Notes under the pieces: model-generated | Told to the model about the DNA's origin: nothing | Databases searched by the model: none | What the model saw: the letters and a program-made list of their open reading frames with translations, nothing else | In this document: piece by piece, positions 36,056-45,471 of the stretch | How positions within the stretch are numbered: the stretch's first letter is position 1 | How the letters are laid out: every line of letters begins with the position of its first letter | Virus record (IMG/VR): IMGVR_UViG_3300045988_159959 | Direction: 5' to 3' (one strand) | Length of the DNA: 64,000 nt | Source: a virus | Position numbers and translations under genes: made by a program

Positions 36056-36823
36056 ATGCTGAATTGGCAAAGTTGGAGTAATTTTGTTTTGGAAGGAGGG
36101 ACAACGGGAAACATATTGTACCTTCCTAACGTTAAAATGGCTGATATTGAAGGTAATAAATTTGATTACATTGGTTTTAGTCCTAACTACAATGTAAACG
36201 GAAGCTATACGGAAGGCACAGAGGTTGGATTGAGCATACAAGAAACGACAACAGATTTATTAGCTTATAACGGACAAAAAAGTCCGGCACATGATGATAA
36301 TGTGAAAGGAGTGGTAATTTTGCCGGGAGGATATACTGTTTATTATGGCAAATCTTCCGGTGGATTTGCTGCACATGGTGCGGGTAATTATTATTGTTCT
36401 GGAAGCTATGGTAGCCAAAATGCAAGTGAATTAACTGGAAGTCAAGCAGACCAATATATGCAACCCGCAGGCGCACCGGGTGGAGACGGTACTTTTGGTT
36501 TTAAATGCTCTTATGAGGTAAATTTTGCATCGCCTCGAACCAACCCTATCACCTCTACAAAGACTATCCCTATCTCATCTATTTTTGGAGGAACCTCTAA
36601 AGGAAAAGCAGGGTATATAAATACTAATGGCGGACAAAGAACCGGTGCAAGTGTTTATGGCGGAGCCGGATATGGCGATTCATGGGAAGGAGTAGTAGAA
36701 GGTGTGAGGAAAGCTGGTTATGGAAGTGGACAAATGTCTTCTCCGGCAGATGAAGATGCAGGAAATCTGATCTTACCCGGTGACGGTATTGTCTGCTTAT
36801 ATTATCATAATGAACCAATCTAA
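36056..36823 (+). CDS. alternative (silent) fibre C-terminal cassette, glycine-rich tip; the only plus-strand gene in the window
   Basis: The reading frame is open and continuous from IR-L (36005...) through GG-GR-M(36056)LNWQSW... to ...GDGIVCLYYHNEPI. It is homologous to the present fibre C-terminus (...GAGIVCIYYHNNPI; IPISSIFGG vs IPIQSVFGG; GGAGYG vs GGGGYG). Confidence 0.7.
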   Translation: MLNWQSWSNFVLEGGTTGNILYLPNVKMADIEGNKFDYIGFSPNYNVNGSYTEGTEVGLSIQETTTDLLAYNGQKSPAHDDNVKGVVILPGGYTVYYGKSSGGFAAHGAGNYYCSGSYGSQNASELTGSQADQYMQPAGAPGGDGTFGFKCSYEVNFASPRTNPITSTKTIPISSIFGGTSKGKAGYINTNGGQRTGASVYGGAGYGDSWEGVVEGVRKAGYGSGQMSSPADEDAGNLILPGDGIVCLYYHNEPI

Positions 36824-36833
36824 AAACAAAATA

Positions 36834-36855
36834 GGGAGAGCTTAAATACTCTCCC
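36834..36855. terminator. bidirectional hairpin terminator between the two convergent tip cassettes
   Basis: GGGAGAG-CTTAAATA-CTCTCCC (7-bp perfect stem) with T-rich runs on both strands (CTTTAATTTG on plus, TATTTTGTTTTT on minus). Confidence 0.6.
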
Positions 36856-36880
36856 CTTTAATTTGTTGATATTCAGTTAT

Positions 36881-39800
36881 TTAAATAGGATTGTTGTGGT
36901 AATAGATACAAACGATACCTGCACCTTCGTTGTAATCATTTGTTCCACTTCCTATTTTAAAACAAGTTCCACCGGCTCCATATCCTGCCGATCCATTTGG
37001 ATTTGCTTCTCCATAACCACCTCCACCACTGGCTTTACAGTTCGTAGTAGAAATGAAGTAGCTTAATCCACCGGTTCCTATACCGCCAAACACAGACTGA
37101 ATAGGAATGGTTTCGCTTGCTCTAATTCCGGTATTGTAGTCTGGACCTTGTGTTCCAAGTCTTCCGTCGCCACCTTCTCCGCCTTGCATAGTTGTAGCGG
37201 TAGATGTAGTTTGCTCGCCATTTCCATAGCTACCACCACTACCGGCTGTTAGAACAGAAGTTGCAAGACCGCCTTCTGTTCTTCCATAAACGAAAAGACC
37301 ACTATCTGTTTCTCCATTTAAAGCAAATTCCCAATAATCCTGTCTGTGATCCTGTCCGTTGGACATGTCGCCTAAAAAGGCGGTTATTTCATTTCCTAAA
37401 CTTTGATTGTAACGAACATATAAACCGGGAGAAGATGAACCGGACATACTGTGTCTAAAGTCTATTTGAGTAATCCAACCTATACCACCAACACCGTCAC
37501 TGGAAGTTATTATGTTCTTTTTGTAAGCGATCATACCGCCATCTCCACCCATACAACCACCAATCCATTGAGGTGCATTAGGAGCGTTGTCAGTATTTTT
37601 ACCGACTCCCCCTCTCCCTACTAAAAGAAGGGAAATGTATTTGTAAGAGGTGTCAAGTATGTAGTTCTTTTGGTCTGATGTGATTTGTACCAACTTATTA
37701 GGTTTGGTTAAAGTGTATTCCAAAGAGAAAGATTGCCCGAATATCACATCAAATACACCGTTCGTTGTAAACGTATCGTACCCTTCGGACGTGATTGTGA
37801 TCGAATAGTTTCCGGCAGGTACTTTTGGAATACTTGCCGTATAAGTTGCCGGCACTGCCGATCCTTGATGTGACTTTCCATCCGAATCCACCAATGTAAT
37901 TTGTCCACCGGCAGGCAGTACCTTTATATGTACATAATAAAGCGGTGTAACGTTTAGCTGAACCTGCATACCGTTACTTGTCACATTAATTCTTTGTGTT
38001 ATCTCTTTAGAATAATCTCCTTCCGGCATGTACAAATCGTAAGTTCCGTAAGTAACGTTATTAAACGTTGCCGTCCCGGTAGATGTACTTGCAGTTTGAA
38101 GAGCAATAGTTTCACCCGGGTTTCTAGGCTGGATTTCGCTTGGAACATATCCACTTATAGAACCGGCTCTTTTTATCTGTACTTCAAAATAGGAAAAGAT
38201 TTCCTCCATATATACCTCGTACTTATTACCGTCACCCTCACTAATGGTTACCGTACCTTCTTTCGATACATATCCATCTTTTTGTACTGTTATTTTAAAT
38301 GTTCCTGTCGGAAGATATAAAATCAAAGCTCCACTTGCAGGCGTTGTACCGGTTGCGTAAACTTGTTCTGTAGTCTGATCGGACACAACCACTTGAACGC
38401 CTGATATAATGTCGCCAAACAAATTATTTTTATGAATAGTAATGTTCAATTCATTACCCGGCTGTAATGCTACCTCAATTGTTTTAGCCTCTGTTACCGT
38501 ACCGGCATTTCCTGTAGCCGTCAAATATGTATCAGCAGAAACCTCATAGTTGTAACTCTGATTAAGTTCAACCGACAAAACAGCTTCACCTTCATCGTTT
38601 GTAGTTCCTGTTACTGTACCGGCAATAGAAGTCATTTTGACAAGTGCACCGAAAATAGGTGTTGAAATGATATTGCGGACACGAGCAAAAGCACGGGCAT
38701 AACGTTGAGAGGCTTTTGTGTCGTAAATTGCGCCCCCAGTATTAGCTGCCATAGTCCAAGCATTGTTTTCATCTCTTTGTGTTGAACTCCAAAGACGAAA
38801 AGTTCCAAACACCGTTCTCCCACCGATTTTTGTCATACATGCTTCAATCTGATCTTTGTAATAGTATGCTAATGTAAGCTCACCCAAAGAAGGTAAATAT
38901 CCCGTATATCCTTCTGGAAACAAATCGGTTGTAGTACGACAAGAATATGCAGCAGGAGCGTTACTTCCTAATTGTTCTACGAGCTTGTCAGTATTACTTT
39001 CTCCCGCAAAATCTTCCATTGCAATACTTCTTGCAGTGGTGGTAACAATCCCATCAATAAGTCCACCTGAATTAGCCCACTCTATGTTAGCGAAATTAGC
39101 AGCTTTACTTATCACAAATTGGCTACCAGAAACCATTACAGCAACACCTACAGTATCGTCAATAGTACTGGAATACTGATCCTTTTCATATAGCTTGTTG
39201 TTTTTGCCAAGAATGTACACTCCTTCTTCCATACCACCTTTAAAGGGAAATGGGAAGAAAGGTAAAACATTACCAGCTGTATTTCTAATCTGAACTTCTC
39301 TTGTGCCAGCTTCTACATTTGAATAATAAGCAGAATCAGTGCCTTCTACTATTGAAGTCCACATTTTACTCGCCGGTATAGCAGCAGTAGCGTCTATTAA
39401 CTCTAAAGCAGTATTTACGGCCGATAAATTATCATGAAGCACATCTGCTTCTCCAGTAGAAGGTAAGTATCCTGAACCTTTCGGGAAACCGGGAGCAACT
39501 ACATCCTTACAATAACGAGCGGCACTACTACTATCCAGCAAAGACACCATATAATCTGTATAGGCTTTACCATGAAAAAGTTGAGGCAAATAAGCTATAA
39601 AATTAGGGCCATCAAAAGGAGAGTCCAAATCAGTATCACTTCCCCAAGTTTGAGTATTCTGCAAATAAGTAGAAGATATCATAAATGCTGCATTGTCAGT
39701 AGCAACACCTACGCCAATAGCCTCGCTGGATGATTTTCCTGAACTTACCCATTCTTCTGTTGTGTAACGATTACCAGAGTAATCACAGATATATACTCCG

Positions 39801-42800
39801 TTAGGAATTGGGTTGTATTCGTATGTACAGAAAGGGCGTGAAGGATAACTGTTACTAATTTTCCCTACAGTACCAACAGCATTGCTATCCCAAGCAAAAT
39901 AATAAGCATTTGCTGCACCATTTTGCGAACTTGTCCAATAATCATCTTCTTGAATAGGTGAACCTGCTGTTTTATTCATTGCAGCCGTTATTACAGATTT
40001 ATTGTAATACGCCACTTTCCATTGTCCAGTAGAAGGCAAATACCAAGAACCTACTCCAAAACCTTCTGTAGAATAGTTATTGCATTTACCTGCCGCAATA
40101 TCATTTGCACTCGATTGAAAAGAAACGATAGCCTCTGTATTTGTCTTCCCACTAAAATCAATTAAAGCAACTCTCCATAATGGGTTTACAAAAGCACCTG
40201 CAATAATCTCAGCAGTAGTTGACCAAGGAGCTTCAACAAGATTATTTAGTGCCATAAAATCAAAATCTCTGCTTCTTACATCTGTAATAACACCCACACA
40301 AGTCTTTGATGAATCCAATTCAGTAGACCAAGTTTTATCTCCATATACAAAATCACCTACTTTTGGACGAAATACAAAAGGTATCTCCTTTTGTTCAGTT
40401 ACCTTAAATGTTACTTCTGTGTTATTTGAAACCAAAAGTTCTTTATTGATAGCAGGGGTATTTACATTCAACACACCGGACTGCGCTTCATAAGGTGAAG
40501 GCGGTGTCATTGTGTAGTTGTAATTTCCATACAGAACTTTGTTTTCCGGCACTTCCGTACTTGTAAACTTCTTTCCATAGAAAGAAATAGTTATGTTAAG
40601 GCTCTTTATATCGTCTGTAGACAAAGAGCCTTCATCTGCCGAGGCAAGATTTAAACTAAAAGCAGTGCTTTTGAACAATTCTTCCGCATCAAAAATAAGA
40701 TCGGAAAGCTGGATTCTTTGAATGGTATCGTTTGTTAAAGGTAGTGTATTTGGACTTTCTACACTTCCCCAATTAGCAACAATTTTTAAATTTTCGGGAA
40801 CACCAGAAACTTTTACACCAAAGTCCAAGGGCTTATTGTAATTTATATCTACAATGGGCCCTATCATTATTATACTCAAAATATTAAATACAAATCCTGC
40901 ATCGACATTAAAAACAACATAATCATTTGTAACAGTCGTTCCTTCCTCTTTCTTTACTCCTGTAAGCGTAAAATTCCTTTTCTTTGCATCCCAACTTCCA
41001 TTCCATCCATCTATCCTATTTCGATTCAAAACATTGGCTGCGTTCATATTACTTGAACTGCCTGCATTATATTCTGTTATAGGAGAAAAAACCACACCAT
41101 TGGGAAAGTATGTCTTCATCTGATCTCCTGGCACACCAGCTTCCGGTATGGTATATGTTTCATTTTCAGGTAAGACAAACGTACCTGAATAATCTGCATC
41201 ATCATCCTGTGACCATTCAAAATCCCCACCAGCAAAATTCATAGTGGCAACACCATTTGTACCTGTCGTACCTTTGTATTTATTAGACGGATCAAGTCGA
41301 TCTACCATTTCCACAACGGCATTCTGAATAGGAGAACTGTCAATTTCTTTTTTTACCGTAAACGTAACAGTAGAAACCTGCTGCATATTAAGTGTAACAG
41401 TTTGCGCACCGTCATTTACAGAAAAACTTCCGGACAAATCAACATAACCGGTTTTTGTTGCCGTATAGGTGTAATTCCCATTTCTATTTTGGAACTCAAC
41501 CACACCACTATCATTTGTACTTCCTGTGTCAACCTGCACGTTTTCTCTTTTAAGTGTAATATTTACACCACTAACACTTGGTATGGTCTGAAATTTAATT
41601 GTATATTTCAAATAATCTGACAAGTCAAGTTCCAAAGTTTTAACTTCTGTGCCCACTTGGAAAGTTCCATCCGGCACATCAATCAAATCGGTATTATCCG
41701 TTTCACTTGTAGGGATAGAATAGACATAATTTCCCGAAGGTAAACTTATCGTAGCAATACCTTGTTGATTGGTAACGATCGTTTCCGGAAGTGCCCTTAC
41801 TTTTGCTTTACCTGCTTTTGTAGCTTGGCTTATCACAATCTTTACATTTGCCAAATTACCGCTTTTGGCAGTTGTATGAAAAGTGACAACAGCACCGGCA
41901 TTAATTGTAATATCTACACTTTTTTCTGCTTCTTCAATCTGTACCGTACCACTGCCACCAACATACCCATCTTTTGAATAGGTGTATGTATGTGTACCGG
42001 TAGAAAGATTGGTTGCTGCAATACCTCCATTTGCGGTCGTAAGCGTTTCCGAACCGTCAATAACAATCTGAACGCCATCCACAGGAGAACCCAAATTATC
42101 CTTTACCGTAAATGTTGTTTCAAAGCCATACGTTAATTCAACTTCCTTTATTTCGTCAGCATCATTAATGCTTCCTACACCTTCTTCCGGAGAGTAACCC
42201 GTAAGCGAAGCGTTCCAATCATAAGCACCATTTACAACCTGTACCGGATCAGTCGTGCCATCTTCCTTTGTTGTAAGTATAGTAGAACCATCCACAAGAG
42301 CCTCACCACTTACGTTAATAGTAACACCTTGTAAAACCGTTTTTTCAGCCGCACTAACTTTGAAAGACAAATTCCAGATTTTCTTTAATATCTGGGTAAA
42401 GGTTTCTTCACCAGAAACTTCAAGAGATAATTCTTCACCTTTGTAACCACCCTTTGCAAAAGTAGCGATATAACTTCCTGCTTTCAAGCTAACCGTAGCT
42501 TCACCACTTGCGTTTGTTGTAAGAGCATCTTCTCTACCGGATATCTGAATTTCAACATCCTGCAAAAGATTAGGAGAAGCCATATTGTCCTTTACAACAA
42601 ACGTAACATCATAAGACATTGCTGTAACTGTAACTGCTACGTTCTTGTCTGCGTTTGCTACAGTAACACTTCCTTCCTGCTGTACATATCCAGCTTTAGT
42701 AACTATATAAGAGTATGTGCCATTAGAAAGCGGAACCGTTACCAAACCACCCTGTGAAGTCTGATAATCATTATCATTTACATGAAGATTTGCATTACCA

Positions 42801-45460
42801 ACCGCAACACCTTCATCTGTTGTTACAGCAAAAGTAATGTTATACTTTCTATATTCCATATCCACCGTAACCAACGGTATATCTGCGCTTGCTACCGTCA
42901 AATCATCAGAATAATCATCCATTCCGGTAGCTGTAATGGTAAATGGATATGTACCGTTCTTTAACTGCAAAGATACTTGCCCGTTTGATTGTGTCTGATA
43001 AGTGTTATTATTGATAGTTACCGTAGCGTTTTCAATAGGCTGTCGCTCCGGGTCTCTTACAGACAAGATTACATTATACAATCTTGCTTGTAAATTGACA
43101 ACCGAACTATTATCACTATCCAAAACAGTAACCGAAGAATTACCATCGTAATAACCGGATTTTGTAACAGTGTAAGGATACGTGCCGTTTTGCAAACTTA
43201 CAGTAACCTGACCTTTATCGTTGGTAGGGTAGGAACTGCTATTAATATTTACTGCCGCGCCCTGAACCGGTTCGTTGCTATCACTATCCAAAACAGTAAT
43301 AACAACATTGTAATGTTTCAAATCAAGCGTTCTTTCGATATTAACATTCTGTCCCTGTACATTAAACGAACCGGTCAAATCATCATACCCTCTTTTTGTA
43401 ATAGTATAATTATATTCACCGTTCTTCAATTTTGTAGTTGCCTGCCCTAAACTGTTTACAGGTAGTGCAGACGGTTGTCCTTGTATTGTTACAAGTGCGC
43501 CTTCTGCCGGCGTACCTTGATTTACTTGATAAACATTAAACAAAACATCGTACAAGAAATAATCCAACTCAAATGTCACATCTGCATTTGAATTATTAAC
43601 TGTAATTGATCCATTCAATGTATCATATCCGGTTTTTTCAATCGTCACAGGGTATTGACCGTTTACAAGCGGAATCTCCACTTCTCCTTGTTGATTGGTA
43701 GGATATTGACCGTTATTTACTTTAACAACAGCGTTAGCGATAGGATCGTTCTCTGCGTCTTTTACAATAACTGTAATCGTCCATACGGTAAACTCCATTT
43801 CTACATTTACCTGTGCATTGCCATCCTGCACGACTACATTGTTGGAATAATCATCGTATCCCAACTTTGAAATCAAATAAGGATAATTCCCATTTCTCGC
43901 CGACAAAGTAGCAACACCCTCTATATTGGTAGTGGTTGTTCTATTGTCCATTGTCACATTTGCGTAAGGCACTGCCGCGCCTCTTTCATCCCGTACGCGG
44001 AAAGTAACTGTATAAGGTGCTCTAACCATTTCCACATCAATAGAAACACCGCCATTCAGAACAACAAACGTTCCTTCTACCGGAATATATCCTTGCAAAG
44101 AAGCAATATATGAGTATTGTCCGTTTGCAAGCTGCAAAGAAGCCTGTCCCTGTTCATTTGTTGAAATGCCATTGTTGCCAATAGAAATATTTACACCTTC
44201 TACCGGGTTCCCATCTGAATCTTTTACATTGAAAAATGCTGTCTGATAAAGATTCAGAGAACTGTCATTAATACCGACAAACAAATCTTCTGATTCCGCC
44301 GGATAGAACAAAGGTGAAAGATTGCTATCAGAATCATACAAGATATTGCCATCCTGATCCCGCATAATAAATCCTCTGATACGCGGCAATTGATTCGCCG
44401 GGACTTGCTGATCGTAATACGGGAAAAAGTATTCATCCGGCACATATTTCACACCTTCTGTCTTTTTCACAATATCCAATAAATCGTCCCATTCAACAAC
44501 ATCACCCGGTGTCCAAAAACGGAAATCCAAATACTTAGTAAGGTTTACTTGGATATTCTGGCGCACTGTAGCTACATCGTAATCCGGCTGTAATTGCACA
44601 CGGAAATCCAATCCTCTTTCAGAACCAACATAAAACCAATCTATGTTTTTAAGAGAAATTCCTACGGCTTTTCCCTCTATATTCAAATCCGAAAGACTGA
44701 AATACCCTTGTACCTGTTCAAGCAATGTTCCTAATTCATCCTCCGTAAAGAAAATACCATTCTGTGATACGATATAAAGGTTATAAATGCCTTGTTCGTT
44801 TAATCCAGCAGCCATCACCTTTAAAACACGATCATCAATACCGTTCAATACTTGTGTCCAGTATTCTACAGTATTCTTACTTAGAACATTCAGATTGTTT
44901 TTGATACGAATACGAAAAGTTTCATCGTCTTCGCTATCCCGTCCGCCAATAGCATAATACTCATTCGTACATTCGATATGCCCTTGTGGTTGTGGATTGA
45001 CATTCGTAATACTATTAGGCGCAACATTGGTAGTATAGCCTGCATTCACGCTCCTTACCTTTACATAGCCATAACCGCTTTCACCCACTGTAAGAGATTC
45101 GTCCACCTGAAAACGAATACCATTCTTACTTACAAAAGTAACAGTGGTATCATATACAGTGCCCGGATCGGCAGACACCCTAATATAAGTAGAAGAACCG
45201 AGTGCTCCCTTTCGAGGACTTACCCCATACAAAGCAGCCGCCTTATCCAAATAAACGCCGGTTGCCGTGTCTGGGAATATCTGCGCTTCTTTTATGGCAA
45301 TATCTTTCATCGCCTTTTGAGCCACTTTAGCTACACCGAATGCAGTTGCGTTCACAACCGAACCGTCCGCCACATTACTTACTTTGGCAGTTTTATCCAA
45401 AAACATCTCTATAAAGAGATTTTTCAAATTGGTTATCGTTGCACTTGTTTTCGTTATCAT
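36881..45460 (-). CDS. giant baseplate-J-like / tail-fibre fusion protein (2859 aa)
   Basis: The N-terminal ~330 aa resemble baseplate J/gp6 (…AQIFPDTATGVYLDKAAALYGVSPRKGALGSSTYIRV…AIGGRDSEDDETFRIRIKN). They are followed by at least 12 tandem ~78-aa CarboxypepD_reg-like modules (roughly nt 41200-44240), three ~190-aa DUF1566-like modules (GSWYLPSTGQW / GSGYLPSTGEA / YTGYLPSLGEL; roughly 38690-40360), more beta-sandwich modules, then a glycine-rich tip. Confidence 0.8.
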   Translation of the reverse strand: MITKTSATITNLKNLFIEMFLDKTAKVSNVADGSVVNATAFGVAKVAQKAMKDIAIKEAQIFPDTATGVYLDKAAALYGVSPRKGALGSSTYIRVSADPGTVYDTTVTFVSKNGIRFQVDESLTVGESGYGYVKVRSVNAGYTTNVAPNSITNVNPQPQGHIECTNEYYAIGGRDSEDDETFRIRIKNNLNVLSKNTVEYWTQVLNGIDDRVLKVMAAGLNEQGIYNLYIVSQNGIFFTEDELGTLLEQVQGYFSLSDLNIEGKAVGISLKNIDWFYVGSERGLDFRVQLQPDYDVATVRQNIQVNLTKYLDFRFWTPGDVVEWDDLLDIVKKTEGVKYVPDEYFFPYYDQQVPANQLPRIRGFIMRDQDGNILYDSDSNLSPLFYPAESEDLFVGINDSSLNLYQTAFFNVKDSDGNPVEGVNISIGNNGISTNEQGQASLQLANGQYSYIASLQGYIPVEGTFVVLNGGVSIDVEMVRAPYTVTFRVRDERGAAVPYANVTMDNRTTTTNIEGVATLSARNGNYPYLISKLGYDDYSNNVVVQDGNAQVNVEMEFTVWTITVIVKDAENDPIANAVVKVNNGQYPTNQQGEVEIPLVNGQYPVTIEKTGYDTLNGSITVNNSNADVTFELDYFLYDVLFNVYQVNQGTPAEGALVTIQGQPSALPVNSLGQATTKLKNGEYNYTITKRGYDDLTGSFNVQGQNVNIERTLDLKHYNVVITVLDSDSNEPVQGAAVNINSSSYPTNDKGQVTVSLQNGTYPYTVTKSGYYDGNSSVTVLDSDNSSVVNLQARLYNVILSVRDPERQPIENATVTINNNTYQTQSNGQVSLQLKNGTYPFTITATGMDDYSDDLTVASADIPLVTVDMEYRKYNITFAVTTDEGVAVGNANLHVNDNDYQTSQGGLVTVPLSNGTYSYIVTKAGYVQQEGSVTVANADKNVAVTVTAMSYDVTFVVKDNMASPNLLQDVEIQISGREDALTTNASGEATVSLKAGSYIATFAKGGYKGEELSLEVSGEETFTQILKKIWNLSFKVSAAEKTVLQGVTINVSGEALVDGSTILTTKEDGTTDPVQVVNGAYDWNASLTGYSPEEGVGSINDADEIKEVELTYGFETTFTVKDNLGSPVDGVQIVIDGSETLTTANGGIAATNLSTGTHTYTYSKDGYVGGSGTVQIEEAEKSVDITINAGAVVTFHTTAKSGNLANVKIVISQATKAGKAKVRALPETIVTNQQGIATISLPSGNYVYSIPTSETDNTDLIDVPDGTFQVGTEVKTLELDLSDYLKYTIKFQTIPSVSGVNITLKRENVQVDTGSTNDSGVVEFQNRNGNYTYTATKTGYVDLSGSFSVNDGAQTVTLNMQQVSTVTFTVKKEIDSSPIQNAVVEMVDRLDPSNKYKGTTGTNGVATMNFAGGDFEWSQDDDADYSGTFVLPENETYTIPEAGVPGDQMKTYFPNGVVFSPITEYNAGSSSNMNAANVLNRNRIDGWNGSWDAKKRNFTLTGVKKEEGTTVTNDYVVFNVDAGFVFNILSIIMIGPIVDINYNKPLDFGVKVSGVPENLKIVANWGSVESPNTLPLTNDTIQRIQLSDLIFDAEELFKSTAFSLNLASADEGSLSTDDIKSLNITISFYGKKFTSTEVPENKVLYGNYNYTMTPPSPYEAQSGVLNVNTPAINKELLVSNNTEVTFKVTEQKEIPFVFRPKVGDFVYGDKTWSTELDSSKTCVGVITDVRSRDFDFMALNNLVEAPWSTTAEIIAGAFVNPLWRVALIDFSGKTNTEAIVSFQSSANDIAAGKCNNYSTEGFGVGSWYLPSTGQWKVAYYNKSVITAAMNKTAGSPIQEDDYWTSSQNGAANAYYFAWDSNAVGTVGKISNSYPSRPFCTYEYNPIPNGVYICDYSGNRYTTEEWVSSGKSSSEAIGVGVATDNAAFMISSTYLQNTQTWGSDTDLDSPFDGPNFIAYLPQLFHGKAYTDYMVSLLDSSSAARYCKDVVAPGFPKGSGYLPSTGEADVLHDNLSAVNTALELIDATAAIPASKMWTSIVEGTDSAYYSNVEAGTREVQIRNTAGNVLPFFPFPFKGGMEEGVYILGKNNKLYEKDQYSSTIDDTVGVAVMVSGSQFVISKAANFANIEWANSGGLIDGIVTTTARSIAMEDFAGESNTDKLVEQLGSNAPAAYSCRTTTDLFPEGYTGYLPSLGELTLAYYYKDQIEACMTKIGGRTVFGTFRLWSSTQRDENNAWTMAANTGGAIYDTKASQRYARAFARVRNIISTPIFGALVKMTSIAGTVTGTTNDEGEAVLSVELNQSYNYEVSADTYLTATGNAGTVTEAKTIEVALQPGNELNITIHKNNLFGDIISGVQVVVSDQTTEQVYATGTTPASGALILYLPTGTFKITVQKDGYVSKEGTVTISEGDGNKYEVYMEEIFSYFEVQIKRAGSISGYVPSEIQPRNPGETIALQTASTSTGTATFNNVTYGTYDLYMPEGDYSKEITQRINVTSNGMQVQLNVTPLYYVHIKVLPAGGQITLVDSDGKSHQGSAVPATYTASIPKVPAGNYSITITSEGYDTFTTNGVFDVIFGQSFSLEYTLTKPNKLVQITSDQKNYILDTSYKYISLLLVGRGGVGKNTDNAPNAPQWIGGCMGGDGGMIAYKKNIITSSDGVGGIGWITQIDFRHSMSGSSSPGLYVRYNQSLGNEITAFLGDMSNGQDHRQDYWEFALNGETDSGLFVYGRTEGGLATSVLTAGSGGSYGNGEQTTSTATTMQGGEGGDGRLGTQGPDYNTGIRASETIPIQSVFGGIGTGGLSYFISTTNCKASGGGGYGEANPNGSAGYGAGGTCFKIGSGTNDYNEGAGIVCIYYHNNPI
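37606..37653. repeat. right 48-bp inverted repeat (IR-R), inside the fibre ORF
   Basis: Exact reverse complement of 36003-36050. It encodes (D)TSYKYISLLLVGRGG of the 2859-aa protein. Confidence 0.95.
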
Positions 45461-45471
45461 CTGAATATCAA

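Larger units (their letters stand above)
36003..37653. other. putative invertible DNA segment (tail-fibre tip switch, Mu G-segment-like)
   Basis: Perfect 48-bp IRs flank two convergent, homologous but diverged tip-coding cassettes and a central bidirectional terminator. Both cassettes are in frame with the repeat-encoded peptide (D)TSYKYISLLLVGRGG. Confidence 0.6.

Noticed and set aside
36038-36058. GGAGG SD-like motif plus ATG (36056) suggesting the plus-strand cassette is an independently translated gene
   Set aside because: The GGAGG is part of the Gly-Arg-Gly-Gly-Gly codons of the repeat-encoded peptide. The upstream frame is open through the IR. I saw only a 7/8 -7-like match (TACATTTC) and no clear promoter. 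Independent expression cannot be fully excluded and is listed as a refutation test.
36003-37653. Diversity-generating retroelement (TR/VR) as an explanation for the repeated fibre-tip sequence
   Set aside because: The repeats are inverted, only 48 bp long and 100 percent identical, so there are no adenine-specific mismatches. No reverse transcriptase is present in the window. The geometry fits site-specific or homologous inversion instead.
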